DNA from: Candidatus Thorarchaeota archaeon SMTZ1-45 | Lineage (GTDB): Archaea; Asgardarchaeota; Thorarchaeia; Thorarchaeales; Thorarchaeaceae | Length of the DNA: 64,000 nucleotides | Assembly: GCA_001563335.1 (NCBI GenBank) | Contig: LRSL01000058.1 | Coordinates: 1 to 64,000, forward strand | Direction of reading: 5' to 3' | Shown here: in pieces, positions 40,315 through 50,447 of the stretch | How positions within the stretch are numbered: the stretch's first letter is position 1 | Layout of the letters: every line of letters begins with the position of its first letter | Made by a program: the position numbers and the translations under genes | Notes under the pieces: generated by a model | Told to the model about the DNA's origin: nothing | The model's database searches: none | The model's input: only the letters and a program-made list of their open reading frames with translations

Positions 40315-40788
40315 CTATTTACGAGAATCCTCAATTATTTTGACGATTTCCTCTTCAATACTTCCAGTCATTCTTGCACGTGTCTTTATTCTTCCAACTT
40401 CTTTTCCATCTTTTTCAAATATGATGATAGTTGGGCTGCTAGTAACTCCGAAAGTATCAACCTCTACAGGAGAGGGAGGTACAGCCCATAATCTTTCAGA
40501 TCCATAGGGGGGTTTGGTCATTCCTCCCAATGCTATGAATGGTTTATCAAGCTCTTTCTCAAGAAGTGCTAGAATTGGAAGTGCCCTCCGAGAGTCACCA
40601 CACCAATCTGCAAAAAGAACAACAATTTCGTAATCTTGCATTAGCTCTAGGAGTTTCTCTACAGCTTTCATGTTTAGCTTATATTCATCTCTTTGACGGA
40701 CAAATCCTCCACGATATGCTGGTTTAATGTCATCTATCGCGTCATTGCATGATGATGCATTTGCTTGAACATCACTCAATTTTGGCAC
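40315..40788 (-). CDS. Thioredoxin-fold protein (CxxS)
   Basis: WCGDS active-site motif; cis-Pro PT motif. Confidence 0.85.
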   Translation of the reverse strand: MPKLSDVQANASSCNDAIDDIKPAYRGGFVRQRDEYKLNMKAVEKLLELMQDYEIVVLFADWCGDSRRALPILALLEKELDKPFIALGGMTKPPYGSERLWAVPPSPVEVDTFGVTSSPTIIIFEKDGKEVGRIKTRARMTGSIEEEIVKIIEDSRK

Positions 40789-40818
40789 TATATCTCATCT
40801 CCTTGTTAGTTGAATTTT

Positions 40819-41301
40819 CTATTCTGCTTCACAGACTATATCTGTTCCCTTTGTACCTTTTTTCGGTTGTAATGGAGTTTGTTGAATAAGTCTGACCCAT
40901 TTTGAAAGATAGTCCAAGTGACTCTCTTCTTCATCTTTTAGATGTTCGATTAAAAGTTGAACAACTGGATCACTGATTTTTTCTAGAGCCCTATCTAGTA
41001 GATTCTTCATTTCTCCTTCATCAAGCATGAGGGAATCGATTTCTCGCTCAAGTCTCACTCTACCTGAATAACGAGCAACCTTGGCTGACCACTGGTCGCA
41101 GGGTGTGGAAGTCATATGTTCAATCATTCCCTCAAGAAATTTGATATGTTTCCACGTGTCAAGACGTAATTCCATGAATGCAAGACGAACTGCAGGTTCT
41201 TTCGCTTGTTCTTCTAGGTTGACCAAACGATTCAATGTATCCTGTTCAACTTGAATCTGGTCTTTCATTATTGAAATAATCTCAGCTTCAGTTCCACTCA
41301 C
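40819..41301 (-). CDS. Ferritin-like (rubrerythrin-type) four-helix-bundle protein
   Basis: E...DTWKH and E...EEESH di-metal pattern. Confidence 0.75.
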   Translation of the reverse strand: MSGTEAEIISIMKDQIQVEQDTLNRLVNLEEQAKEPAVRLAFMELRLDTWKHIKFLEGMIEHMTSTPCDQWSAKVARYSGRVRLEREIDSLMLDEGEMKNLLDRALEKISDPVVQLLIEHLKDEEESHLDYLSKWVRLIQQTPLQPKKGTKGTDIVCEAE

Positions 41302-41388
41302 TATTTGTTTCTCCTAATTGGCTGTAAATTTATTAACAATAGTTATTTATTTTCTTATAAGAGTATTCGTCGAGCCACTTTACTAGGT

Positions 41389-42408
41389 TTATTCAATGTG
41401 GAGAGCTCTTCTGTAATCCGGATGATCAAACTGCTCTCCTTGTTCCCGTTCATTGCCCAAAAACTGGTTCATCATAAGACCTGCATAATTACCCGTCCCC
41501 ACTGCCATGGCAACCTGTTGAGTTATTGCTCTGACATCTCCTGCAGCCCATACTCCCTCAATGTTTGTTTTACCTCGATGATCTGTGATTATATTACCCT
41601 TCAAATCAACCTCCACACCTATCTGTTGAGCTAGCTCAGATCTAGCAATATCAACAAAAGCTACGAAAAACACATTGGTCTTTATCTTTCTACCATCCGT
41701 TAGAGTGACTGACTGCACAACTCCAGGTCTCGGAAAGTCAATTGCTTTTATTTTTCCAGTTGTCCATTTGAATGGCGACTGTTCCAATTTTGTAAGATCC
41801 TGGTCTTCAAACGGCACATAAGCATCTTCAGTCATAAGAATCTGAATTTTGTCAGTGAAACGAGTCAGAGCATTTGCCACATGAAGTGCACTACCAACTG
41901 TTCCAGCATTTACGATTAAGACTTCTTTATTCTTGCAAAGGGGTGCTTCACAATCTGGGCAGTAAAAGGCTCCATTACCTACATTGGCAACAGGGAGCCA
42001 TCCTCTCCACATGCCATCTACCTTCGGATGTTTTCTTGAGGTCCCAGTAGCTATTAATAGTGTTTTTGCATGGTATTCGCTCTTATCATCGGTTCTATAG
42101 CTTGGCTCTGTCTTGATAGTGAACTTCGGATAACGACCTCCAATCTGCACTACATCAGCTGCGATGTACTCTGCTCCTGCTGCTCTTGCCTCTCCTTGGA
42201 TATTCCTAAGTAGACTTCGACCTTCATGGTAGACAGATCCTGAGAAGTTGAGGATTGAGTTAGTATGAAAATGCATTGGACTTGTTCCCCTATCCAAGAC
42301 TAAAACTCTGCGTTCATGGTATGCTAAATGAAGAGCCGCTGAAGACCCAGCAGGACCCCCACCAATGATGATTGCATCATAAGTCTTAACCATTGTAAAA
42401 GACCTCAA
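41389..42408 (-). CDS. Thioredoxin-reductase-like FAD-dependent oxidoreductase
   Basis: GGGPAG, ATG, YCPDC and T..EGVWAAGD motifs. Confidence 0.9.
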   Translation of the reverse strand: MRSFTMVKTYDAIIIGGGPAGSSAALHLAYHERRVLVLDRGTSPMHFHTNSILNFSGSVYHEGRSLLRNIQGEARAAGAEYIAADVVQIGGRYPKFTIKTEPSYRTDDKSEYHAKTLLIATGTSRKHPKVDGMWRGWLPVANVGNGAFYCPDCEAPLCKNKEVLIVNAGTVGSALHVANALTRFTDKIQILMTEDAYVPFEDQDLTKLEQSPFKWTTGKIKAIDFPRPGVVQSVTLTDGRKIKTNVFFVAFVDIARSELAQQIGVEVDLKGNIITDHRGKTNIEGVWAAGDVRAITQQVAMAVGTGNYAGLMMNQFLGNEREQGEQFDHPDYRRALHIE

Positions 42409-42481
42409 TCAATCTGACATTCAATATAGTTAATAACTCTATGGAGAGCGGCACCATTCATGAATCTGAGCTCTCGCGGAA

Positions 42482-43117
42482 TCAACTTTCTAAACATGTA
42501 GTCCCAGCATCTTTTCCAAGGTCAAAAGCTTTTGAGTTGGCGTTGATTGTTTTTGGTGGGACCAGTGCAAGGAGAGCCTTCCTTACCTCTTCAGCTGGGA
42601 TTGGGAAGTCTTCACATGCAACAGTTGCCCCAATTAGCACTGAATTTTCAGTCCTTGCATTTCCAGCTTGAATCGCCAAGTCTAACGAATCTAGCAATAC
42701 TATTCGAGATGTCACTTGCTCTAGTTTTTTGACTATTTCATCGACTGTTAGATAATTTGTTTTCTTTTCTTTGTCAAGAGCTACATTCTTGGTTTCGGTG
42801 ACTGATGGCATTATCCGGTTACTCATGATCACAACACCATCTTCTTTGAGATACTCAACATATCTCAAAGCCTCACTGGCTTCCATGGCAATCATCATGT
42901 CAGCTTTACCATAGGGAATGAGAGGAGATATTGGGTCTCCGATTCTGAAATGCACATAGATTGAGCCTTGTCTTTGTGAGAGACCGTGCTGTTCCCCAGT
43001 CATTACTTTAAGACCTGAGTCCACTGCTGCCTTTCCGAGAATGGCTGAAAGAAGCATGAGCCCCTGACCACCTACACCTGCAAACATGATATTGAAGGTC
43101 TTGCCTGCTTCGCTCAT
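42482..43117 (-). CDS. iorB: Indolepyruvate:ferredoxin oxidoreductase beta subunit
   Basis: GVGGQG, HGLSQR.GS, E..EALR and N.KAF..G motifs; overlaps iorA. Confidence 0.93.
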   Translation of the reverse strand: MSEAGKTFNIMFAGVGGQGLMLLSAILGKAAVDSGLKVMTGEQHGLSQRQGSIYVHFRIGDPISPLIPYGKADMMIAMEASEALRYVEYLKEDGVVIMSNRIMPSVTETKNVALDKEKKTNYLTVDEIVKKLEQVTSRIVLLDSLDLAIQAGNARTENSVLIGATVACEDFPIPAEEVRKALLALVPPKTINANSKAFDLGKDAGTTCLES

Positions 43118-45033
43118 TTCGCCACCTCCATATGCTGGGGAGCATCAACAGGACACACTTGTCTACATTCAAGACATCCATCACACAGGTCCTGTTGGAT
43201 AATCATCTTTGCATCAGTTTCATCAATTGTGATTGCAGGACAATAAAACTCCTTCACGCAAGCATAGATACCTCTGCATGTTTCTTTCACATTTTCACTA
43301 GGTATTATTTTCTCTCCATGTTTTTTCTTCTCACGGTCGCCATATAGTGCACACTCACGGCGGGAGATGATTACAGAGAACCCTTCAAACTCTAATGCTT
43401 CTTGGATTGTATTGATACAATCACGAGTTTCGTAGGGGTCAATTATCACAATCTTATCCGCCCCTAATGCCTCGAACATTTTTTCCATGTTGATCTTTCG
43501 TGCTGGAGTGCCGCCTGCATTAAAGGGTGAGTTGGGATTGAATTGTTGACCAGTCATAGCTGTGACTGAGTTGTCTAGCACAAACAGTGTGACATTGGAG
43601 TTGTGATGAATGAGATTAACGATTCCAGGTAGTGCAGCATGATACAATGTGCTGTCACCTACCATGGCAATCACCTTGTCTTCAAGAGCCATCTCCATTC
43701 CCGCTGATAGACCAAGAGAAGCTCCCATAGCCAACATTGAATCGGAGAACTGATTTGGAGGTAGAAATGCCATCGAATAACAACCAATGTCATTATTGAA
43801 AACGATTTTATCTCGAATCCTTAACCGTTGCAAAGCTTGTCTTAATGCCCAGAGCGTTCCTCTATGAGGACAACCTGGACAGAAGATAGGTGGTCTCTCA
43901 GGCAGTATCTCTTTGAGTTTTTCTGCTTTCTTTAGTATAGCATCATAGTCTAAACTGATTTTTTTATCGGTAACTTCTGCTAGCACCTTCTCTACAATAG
44001 GTACATTATACTCTAGCATTTCAGAAAAATGTCTACTCTTTTTGCCTACAATATTTAGATTTAGATTCATTCTTTGTGCGAGAGCAGCAATTCTAGTTTC
44101 TAGGTATGGTGTTAATTCTTCAACAACAATCAGAGTTGACAGTGCATTGATAAATTCAGAGAGTTTCTTCTCTGGAAGTGGAAAAATTGTTCCTAGTTTA
44201 AATACAGGTAGATTGATACCAAGATTCCGCATTGCTTCTTTGACATGAAGAAAACAAACACCTGCAGTGAGTATCCCCACACTGCCGCTGCCTGGCACAA
44301 CTGAATTGAAGTCAGTCTTTTCAAAGTCTTCTTTGATTGCTTCAGCTTTTTCTAAGAGCCTAGCCTTCAGAGCTCGTGCAACTGATCCAACTGTAAAATA
44401 TTGACCCTTGACATCAGCCCATTTGTTCTTCTTGAATGGTGACCTATCCAGTTTTCCAAGATTGACTATTCCTCTTTGATGATTTACTCGAGTAGTAGTT
44501 CTCATGATGACAAGTGTCTTATGTTTCTCTGAAACCTCGAATGCCCATTTAGTCATATCAAGCGCTTCTTGAGCTGTAGATGGCTCAATCATTGGAACAT
44601 ATGCAGCTTCGCCAAAATATCTTCCATCTTGTTCAGACTGTGATGAATGAGCATAGGGATCATCAGCAATCAAACAGACGCATCCTGCATTGAGACCTGT
44701 GTATCCAATCGAAAACATTGAATCACTAGCTACGTTCATTCCAACACTCTTCATAGAGGTAAAGGAACGCATTCCTGACATAGATGCACCAGCTACCGTT
44801 TCTAGCGCAACTTTCTCATTAGCAGCTATGTGCATTTTGTAATCTCCAAAATGCTCCAAGACTTCTCCAAATGTGTCTAATATTTCTGAAGTAGGTGAAC
44901 CTGGATAAAAAGCTACAATCTTTGCATCTGATTCTAATGCTCCTCTAACTACAGCCTCATTGGCAAGCATTAGCGCAGGACCACTGTCAGTCCGCTTGAC
45001 ATCTTCTATCGTCATATAGAGTTCTCTCTCCAA
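43114..45033 (-). CDS. iorA: Indolepyruvate:ferredoxin oxidoreductase alpha subunit
   Basis: YPGSPTSE, NEKVA.E, K.VG.NVA.D, SSQ.EQD, CPGCPH, DIGCY, GDST, AMTG.Q; C-terminal ferredoxin. Confidence 0.95.
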   Translation of the reverse strand: MERELYMTIEDVKRTDSGPALMLANEAVVRGALESDAKIVAFYPGSPTSEILDTFGEVLEHFGDYKMHIAANEKVALETVAGASMSGMRSFTSMKSVGMNVASDSMFSIGYTGLNAGCVCLIADDPYAHSSQSEQDGRYFGEAAYVPMIEPSTAQEALDMTKWAFEVSEKHKTLVIMRTTTRVNHQRGIVNLGKLDRSPFKKNKWADVKGQYFTVGSVARALKARLLEKAEAIKEDFEKTDFNSVVPGSGSVGILTAGVCFLHVKEAMRNLGINLPVFKLGTIFPLPEKKLSEFINALSTLIVVEELTPYLETRIAALAQRMNLNLNIVGKKSRHFSEMLEYNVPIVEKVLAEVTDKKISLDYDAILKKAEKLKEILPERPPIFCPGCPHRGTLWALRQALQRLRIRDKIVFNNDIGCYSMAFLPPNQFSDSMLAMGASLGLSAGMEMALEDKVIAMVGDSTLYHAALPGIVNLIHHNSNVTLFVLDNSVTAMTGQQFNPNSPFNAGGTPARKINMEKMFEALGADKIVIIDPYETRDCINTIQEALEFEGFSVIISRRECALYGDREKKKHGEKIIPSENVKETCRGIYACVKEFYCPAITIDETDAKMIIQQDLCDGCLECRQVCPVDAPQHMEVAK

Positions 45034-45166
45034 ATTCCTATAGTAGTATAAGCAACGATTTCAATCCAACATAAGGATTGGCTTGCAGCAGTGGTGTAAA
45101 ATGATGATTGGACTAAGATACTACACTATCGAATGAATCATTGAATTTCTAATACCCCATCCTGAA

Positions 45167-45643
45167 TTAGCCACCAGGGCTGCCTTTCCAAGGTGAGTCC
45201 TTCCACATTACATCCCAGATTAAATCCTCAGTGAGAGTTTCAGGTTCAACAACCGTTTTGTGAAGTTCCTTCAATAATGCATGATGTCTAATTTCATCCT
45301 CACGTATCATCATGGCAATTGTTTTTACTTGATCACTATCGCTCTGTTCAGCCAGCTGTCCATAGGTTTCAACAGCCTTTTCTTCCATCTTGATATGAGC
45401 TTCAATGCCTCGAGCAATCTTGTCACGCTCCTTTTCACTGATGAAAGGTGTAGGTCCTTCAACTGCTTTCCGAAGCGATTTGAGTAATTCTGAATGTTTT
45501 TTGGAATCTGTTGATACTGCTAGGAGGAGATCCTTTACGAATACATTTCCTAGTTGCGCAACATTCTCTTTGACAATCTCTATAATCTTTAATTCAAGCT
45601 GGATTTGTTTATCGATGAAAGCGAGAGTTTCTTCCTTGTTCAT
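45167..45643 (-). CDS. Ferritin-like four-helix-bundle protein ending in PGG
   Basis: E...DSKKH and EE...DEIRHH di-metal motifs. Confidence 0.8.
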   Translation of the reverse strand: MNKEETLAFIDKQIQLELKIIEIVKENVAQLGNVFVKDLLLAVSTDSKKHSELLKSLRKAVEGPTPFISEKERDKIARGIEAHIKMEEKAVETYGQLAEQSDSDQVKTIAMMIREDEIRHHALLKELHKTVVEPETLTEDLIWDVMWKDSPWKGSPGG

Positions 45644-45802
45644 GTCTGGTTCACTCCAGATTTCTCTGAAACATTTGGTTCATCTTCCACTTAAGGCTAT
45701 TCTCAAAGGGATATCTTGATGTTCTGTCTGTTTCATAATTTATATCAGTATGGACACAAACCAGTTCACTACACGTATTTGGATAATGGATGGAACTATG
45801 CT

Positions 45803-46045
45803 ATGGTCAAAGCAGTTTTGTATACAGCACCAAAATGTCCATACTCGAAATTAGTAAAGGAGTTCCTCAGAGATCTCAATGTTGAGGTTGAAGAGAAGAA
45901 TGTTCTAACGAATCCTGATGCTTTTCATGAACTCAAGGAGTTAAGTGGTCAAATGGCAGTCCCAGTGACAAAAATTGATGGAGATTTCTTTGTCGGGTTT
46001 GATCGAAGAGCTGAACGAAGACTAAAACGAAAACTAGGGGTGTGA
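45803..46045 (+). CDS. Glutaredoxin-like protein (CPYS)
   Basis: LYT...CPYS, SGQ..VP and GFD motifs; ATG at 45803. Confidence 0.88.
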   Translation: MVKAVLYTAPKCPYSKLVKEFLRDLNVEVEEKNVLTNPDAFHELKELSGQMAVPVTKIDGDFFVGFDRRAERRLKRKLGV

Positions 46046-46048
46046 AAG

Positions 46049-46884
46049 ATGTACGACTTTGTGATAATTGGCTCTGGAGTGACAGGATACGCTGCTGCAA
46101 TGTATGCTGCCCGGTTGGACCTTAGTGTTGCTGTGATTGGAGATGTCGAGGGCGGGACTATTACTCTTACTGATGATGTTGCTAATTATCCAGGATATAT
46201 TCAGCTCACCGGTCAAGAACTTGCTGAAAAACTAAAGGAACATGCCTTGGATTATCCAGTCCTCATTGAAACTGGTATGGTGATTGATGTTTTCAGAACT
46301 GAGGAGAACATCTTCTATGTTGTAACAGAAAACAAGACTTTCTTGGCTAAATCAATTCTCTTTGCAACAGGTATGAAGGAACGTGAGCTTGAAGTTCCAG
46401 GTCATGATGAATTGAAGAATAAGGGTGTAAGTTACTGTGCATTGTGCGATGCACCTTTGTATAAGGAGAAAGTTGTTGGTGTTGTTGGAGGAAGTGATAG
46501 CGCTGTCAAAGAAGCCTTGCTATAATCATAAATGAAACTAATGTGACTGAGATTCTTGGGGAACAGAAAGTCATAGGAGTAAAACTCGATAGACCCTACA
46601 ATGGCAAAGACACATTGTCACTTGATGGGATTTTCATTGCAATTGGTGGAATTCCTCATTCAGAGCTTGCGAGGAAGCTTGGTGTAGAACTTAACGAAAA
46701 GGGCGAGATCAAGATAGACCGCTCAAGTCGTACCAATATTGAGGGTGTATATGCTGCAGGTGATGTAGCTGATACAGAATTCAAGCAAGCAATCACTGGT
46801 GTCGCTGAGGGTGTCCACGCTGCCTACCAAGCGTACAAGTATGTAAATGAGAATGAATTCATCTACACCCGCCAGACAATTTGA
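46049..46884 (+). pseudogene. trxB: Thioredoxin reductase disrupted by internal deletion plus frameshift
   Basis: First part (G.G..G, ATG, YCALCD, GGSDSA) stops at 46525. Another frame resumes [13 protein letters not shown]...YAAGD from 46522. The intervening NADPH-binding segment is absent. Confidence 0.8.
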
Positions 46885-46890
46885 GATTTT

Positions 46891-47175
46891 CTAATCAGCT
46901 TTCAAAGCAATTCGCCAAGGATAGAGTTCTGCATGGAAGATTCCTGCTTTAACTGCAGGATCGTTCTTCATAATTTCAATAGCCTCTTCTCTTGATTTTG
47001 CTTCAATCATCGAGAGTCCAATCAAGACTTCAGAAAACCTTCCTGCCATGGTGAGAATTCCATCACTAAGAAGGCGTTGGAGATACTTGAAATGCTCAGC
47101 AACAATCTCATTTGTGCCTTCAATCCCATAATCATTGGCAGGTCTCAACATTATAACATAAGATTGCGTTTCCAC
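46891..47175 (-). CDS. YciI-family protein
   Basis: EH..YL, AG.F and NDP.VK.G motifs. Confidence 0.85.
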   Translation of the reverse strand: METQSYVIMLRPANDYGIEGTNEIVAEHFKYLQRLLSDGILTMAGRFSEVLIGLSMIEAKSREEAIEIMKNDPAVKAGIFHAELYPWRIALKAD

Positions 47176-47216
47176 TGTGAATTACACCTACTCTTCCAAT
47201 AATCAATCCCGAAATG

Positions 47217-47864
47217 TCAAGTGTCAATGGCTTCAAACAGCTTCTCAACAAACATATCGATAGGTGATAGGCCATCAATTGTGATGGTTTCATTGATAAT
47301 AGTCTTAGGAACACCATAGACCTCATACTTCATTGTCAATTCCTGAAACTCAAGTGACTCGATCATCTCGGATGAAATGAGTGGATTGATAATCGATGCT
47401 TGATGTGCTAGCCGAGTCATATCAGGACAGTATGGACATTGTGGTGTGACAAAGACCTTGATGTTGACTGGTTTGTCAATTGAAGCAATGTCTTCAATGA
47501 TATCAGGTGGTAATGGTGCTGTTCCAGTTGATACATCAATAATAGAACCAACTAAAGCTCCAAACTCATGACCCGCAGGAATACCATAGAACTTCACATT
47601 ATACTTGTCTTTTCCATGAAGCACAAGCGCTGGATGATGTTCCACACCCATCTTTTTTGCATCATCAGTATCAAGAGCACCTTTATGCTCTACTATTGTA
47701 ATCTTGTCAGTCAATTCTGCGAGTTGTTGAACCATATCTTTCACATCATTACAATATAGGCAGCTCCTTTCTTCTATGAAGAGATGAATTGTTACATTAT
47801 TGATGATATTTGTAAAGAGTTCTCGAACTTGTTCTCTAGTAGCATCATCCATTTCCACTACCAT
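47217..47864 (-). CDS. Protein disulfide oxidoreductase (two thioredoxin folds, AhpF-NTD-like)
   Basis: CLYC and CPYCP motifs, GIPAGHEF, VPK. Confidence 0.92.
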   Translation of the reverse strand: MVVEMDDATREQVRELFTNIINNVTIHLFIEERSCLYCNDVKDMVQQLAELTDKITIVEHKGALDTDDAKKMGVEHHPALVLHGKDKYNVKFYGIPAGHEFGALVGSIIDVSTGTAPLPPDIIEDIASIDKPVNIKVFVTPQCPYCPDMTRLAHQASIINPLISSEMIESLEFQELTMKYEVYGVPKTIINETITIDGLSPIDMFVEKLFEAIDT

Positions 47865-47926
47865 CTAAATCACATCCTGATTTTTCATCAGTAAGTAGTA
47901 GTTATATTCGCTTTGATTTGTAAACT

Positions 47927-48190
47927 TTAAAACTCCTGAAAGTTTGACAAACTTTCAGTTTCATTTGCTGTGTTCGTTGCAGATTCCTCAACTACCTTAA
48001 CTACAGCTTTTCCATTGAGTTTCATGATTTTTAGCATCTCGAATTGAGATTTGATCGTAAAACTCTCCCCTTCTTTGAGATGGTCCATCACACCACGACC
48101 AAGAGGTCCATTAAGGTACCTCGAATACATATTCGCTATTTTAGCGATTTCTTGCTCCCTCGATGACATTGCAAGTCCTCTATCTCGCAA
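47927..48190 (-). CDS. Small hypothetical protein
   Basis: Fills an intergenic gap, co-oriented with neighbours; true start probably the internal Met (MSSREQ). Confidence 0.65.
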   Translation of the reverse strand: MRDRGLAMSSREQEIAKIANMYSRYLNGPLGRGVMDHLKEGESFTIKSQFEMLKIMKLNGKAVVKVVEESATNTANETESLSNFQEF

Positions 48191-48251
48191 ATCAACTCTT
48201 CTGAGATATTCCTTTATTTAAATCTAATAGAGGTGCGCGCGAAACAGTGTT

Positions 48252-49367
48252 TTATACCCACTTTATTCTATTCTCTTCTAAAAGCTCCTCGATTGCTAAT
48301 GGCACATCGTCTTCATCCTTCAAACGCTTGTTAGCATGAAGCTCAGTATCATCACTAACCCCAAAGTCTTCAAGTTCACTACAGCTGAATAATGGTGAAA
48401 TGTCTAATTCTGAGAATTCATTTTCCTCAGGATGGTCGCTGAAGAGATAGAGCTCTGTGAGTTCCTCGCAGTTCTCAAGTGGTGCGAGGTCAATCTTAGT
48501 TAATCGATTTCCCGCAAGATCAAGACTTGAGAGTTGCTCTGCTTCAGCTAATGGACTAATATCTAGAGTAATGAGTCGATTCATCGCAAGTCCCAAGCGC
48601 CGTAACTCAGTACATATTGATAGTGGCGAAAGATCAATCTCTTCAATCTGGTTTCCGCCCAGTCGAAGTATTCGTAGATCGGGGCAGTTTTTGAATGGTG
48701 AAATGTCTATAGTTTTGAGTTGGTTGTGATGAAGATACACAAACCTCAGTTTAGTACAATTGGATAGAGGTACGAGGTCCACGCTCGAGAGCTTATTGTA
48801 CATTAAATTCAATTGCATAAAATTGGAGCAGTTCGAAAGTGGAGTCAAATCTATAGTTTTAATTTCATTGTTTTCAATATCAAGAGTTTCTAGATTCTCG
48901 CATCCAGCTAATGGTGAGATATCGATATCACTCAATCCGTTATTGAATAGCCTTAACCTTCTGAGAGTCTTTGAAGAACCAATTGGTTTCAGATCTACAG
49001 CTTTGATTCGGTTCGATCCCAAATTTATTTCCTCTAAGCCCTCACATTTTTCAAGTGGCTTTAGATTAATTGACTTGAACTGATTCTTGAAAAGGCTCAG
49101 CTTCAGTAGACTAGGACATCTGCTCAGTGGTGCGAGGTTGATTTCTTCAAGTAAATTCCCACCCAATTCAAGCTCCTTTAGTTCAGGAATCGCAATGACC
49201 GTTTCAAGGTCAATCATTGTGACTCCTTTTCTTGATAGGTCGAGGATGGTTTCTTCTTCATCAACCTCAAGTTCACGTGTTTTTCCTTCCTTATCGACAT
49301 AGATGATTATGGGATCTTCCACCATGAAACTCTCTCCAATATCTTCAGAATTTATTTCATTCTCCAC
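48252..49367 (-). CDS. Leucine-rich repeat protein
   Basis: About 11-12 tandem 22-aa LxxLxLxxNxLxxIDLxPLxxC units. Confidence 0.95.
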   Translation of the reverse strand: MENEINSEDIGESFMVEDPIIIYVDKEGKTRELEVDEEETILDLSRKGVTMIDLETVIAIPELKELELGGNLLEEINLAPLSRCPSLLKLSLFKNQFKSINLKPLEKCEGLEEINLGSNRIKAVDLKPIGSSKTLRRLRLFNNGLSDIDISPLAGCENLETLDIENNEIKTIDLTPLSNCSNFMQLNLMYNKLSSVDLVPLSNCTKLRFVYLHHNQLKTIDISPFKNCPDLRILRLGGNQIEEIDLSPLSICTELRRLGLAMNRLITLDISPLAEAEQLSSLDLAGNRLTKIDLAPLENCEELTELYLFSDHPEENEFSELDISPLFSCSELEDFGVSDDTELHANKRLKDEDDVPLAIEELLEENRIKWV

Positions 49368-49465
49368 ATTAAAGTATTCAATGTTCCGAATACCGAAACT
49401 CTATGGTTAGGAGTATTCGAAAAATGTTAATGTTGGATGATGTGTCATTTTTCCTGAGTCTCGTA

Positions 49466-49987
49466 ATGCAAACTGAAGAAGAACGAAAATCTACTCTCAA
49501 AGACGAAGTAGCTTCAATTGAAGCTGGAGTATTTTTCATCATTCAACTGTACATTTTCATGTATTATTATGACTTCCAAGGAGTTGAACTACTAAGATGG
49601 ATAGGCTGGTTATTGTTTATTCCTGGTTTTCTATTCATCACTCTAGCAACAACAGCTTTGAGGAAACATGGCTTGCCTGAGGAAGGAAAGGGTTGGGTAT
49701 TCACTACTGTTTTGGTACAACAGGGTGTTTATGGAATAATTCGGCATCCCTTTGCCCTTGGATGGTCGATTCTAACTGTCGCTTTAGCTTTAGTTTCACA
49801 ATTTTGGTTGAGCATCTTCTGTATGATTATCCAAATTCCTTTGATTATTTTTGATATCATACACGAAGAAGAAACAAACATGCAAAGGTTTGGACCAGAC
49901 TATTTTTCCTATCAGACACACGTTCCGATGATGAATTTCCTTGCTGGTCTAAGATTGTATTTGAAAAAATGGAGAGCGAAAATTTAG
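49466..49987 (+). CDS. Isoprenylcysteine carboxyl methyltransferase / PEMT-like membrane protein
   Basis: LV..G.Y..IRHP and EE.....FG..Y..Y...VP motifs. Confidence 0.85.
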   Translation: MQTEEERKSTLKDEVASIEAGVFFIIQLYIFMYYYDFQGVELLRWIGWLLFIPGFLFITLATTALRKHGLPEEGKGWVFTTVLVQQGVYGIIRHPFALGWSILTVALALVSQFWLSIFCMIIQIPLIIFDIIHEEETNMQRFGPDYFSYQTHVPMMNFLAGLRLYLKKWRAKI

Positions 49988-50079
49988 AACATTCAGCAAT
50001 TCCAAGTCATAGCCACTGAGTTATCTTTTTTAATGACAACTATCCGAACCCGACTATCTTATCTTTGGGATGATGATAT

Positions 50080-50445
50080 ATGGAGAAGAAGACTCTTGGC
50101 ATTTTGTTAACAACTTCACCTTACACCTTCCAAAATAGCCACACGTTCTATGATCTATGCAAAGCTGCATTAGAGAAGGGGTACGGGGTTAAGGTGTTCC
50201 TGTTTGTTGATGGTGTTAATAATGCAAAACTGAACCAAGACCCTGACCCTGATAGACCAATGAATGACAAGCTTCAGGAACTTGCTGATGAAGGCGTTGA
50301 ATTTCAAGCTTGTGGACTTTGTACTTCAGCTAGGGGTTTTGATCAAGCTGGTTCTGATTTTATTTCTGGGGTTGAAGTTTCAGGATTAACAGAGTTTGCT
50401 GAGATAATTGGAGAAGTGGATAGATTCGTATCACTATCTATGTAG
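50080..50445 (+). CDS. dsrE: DsrE/TusD-type sulfur relay protein
   Basis: SPY, VFLFVDGV.N and ACGLC..ARG motifs. Confidence 0.85.
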   Translation: MEKKTLGILLTTSPYTFQNSHTFYDLCKAALEKGYGVKVFLFVDGVNNAKLNQDPDPDRPMNDKLQELADEGVEFQACGLCTSARGFDQAGSDFISGVEVSGLTEFAEIIGEVDRFVSLSM

Positions 50446-50447
50446 GA

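Noticed and set aside
43240-43285. IorA ferredoxin motif CRGIYAC lacking the second Cys
   Set aside because: A single-ligand variation, plausible within the family, with no wider signal.
38785-47910. Recurring TAGTTA words upstream of redox genes
   Set aside because: Short and AT-rich, also present in unrelated intergenic DNA; indistinguishable from core-promoter composition.
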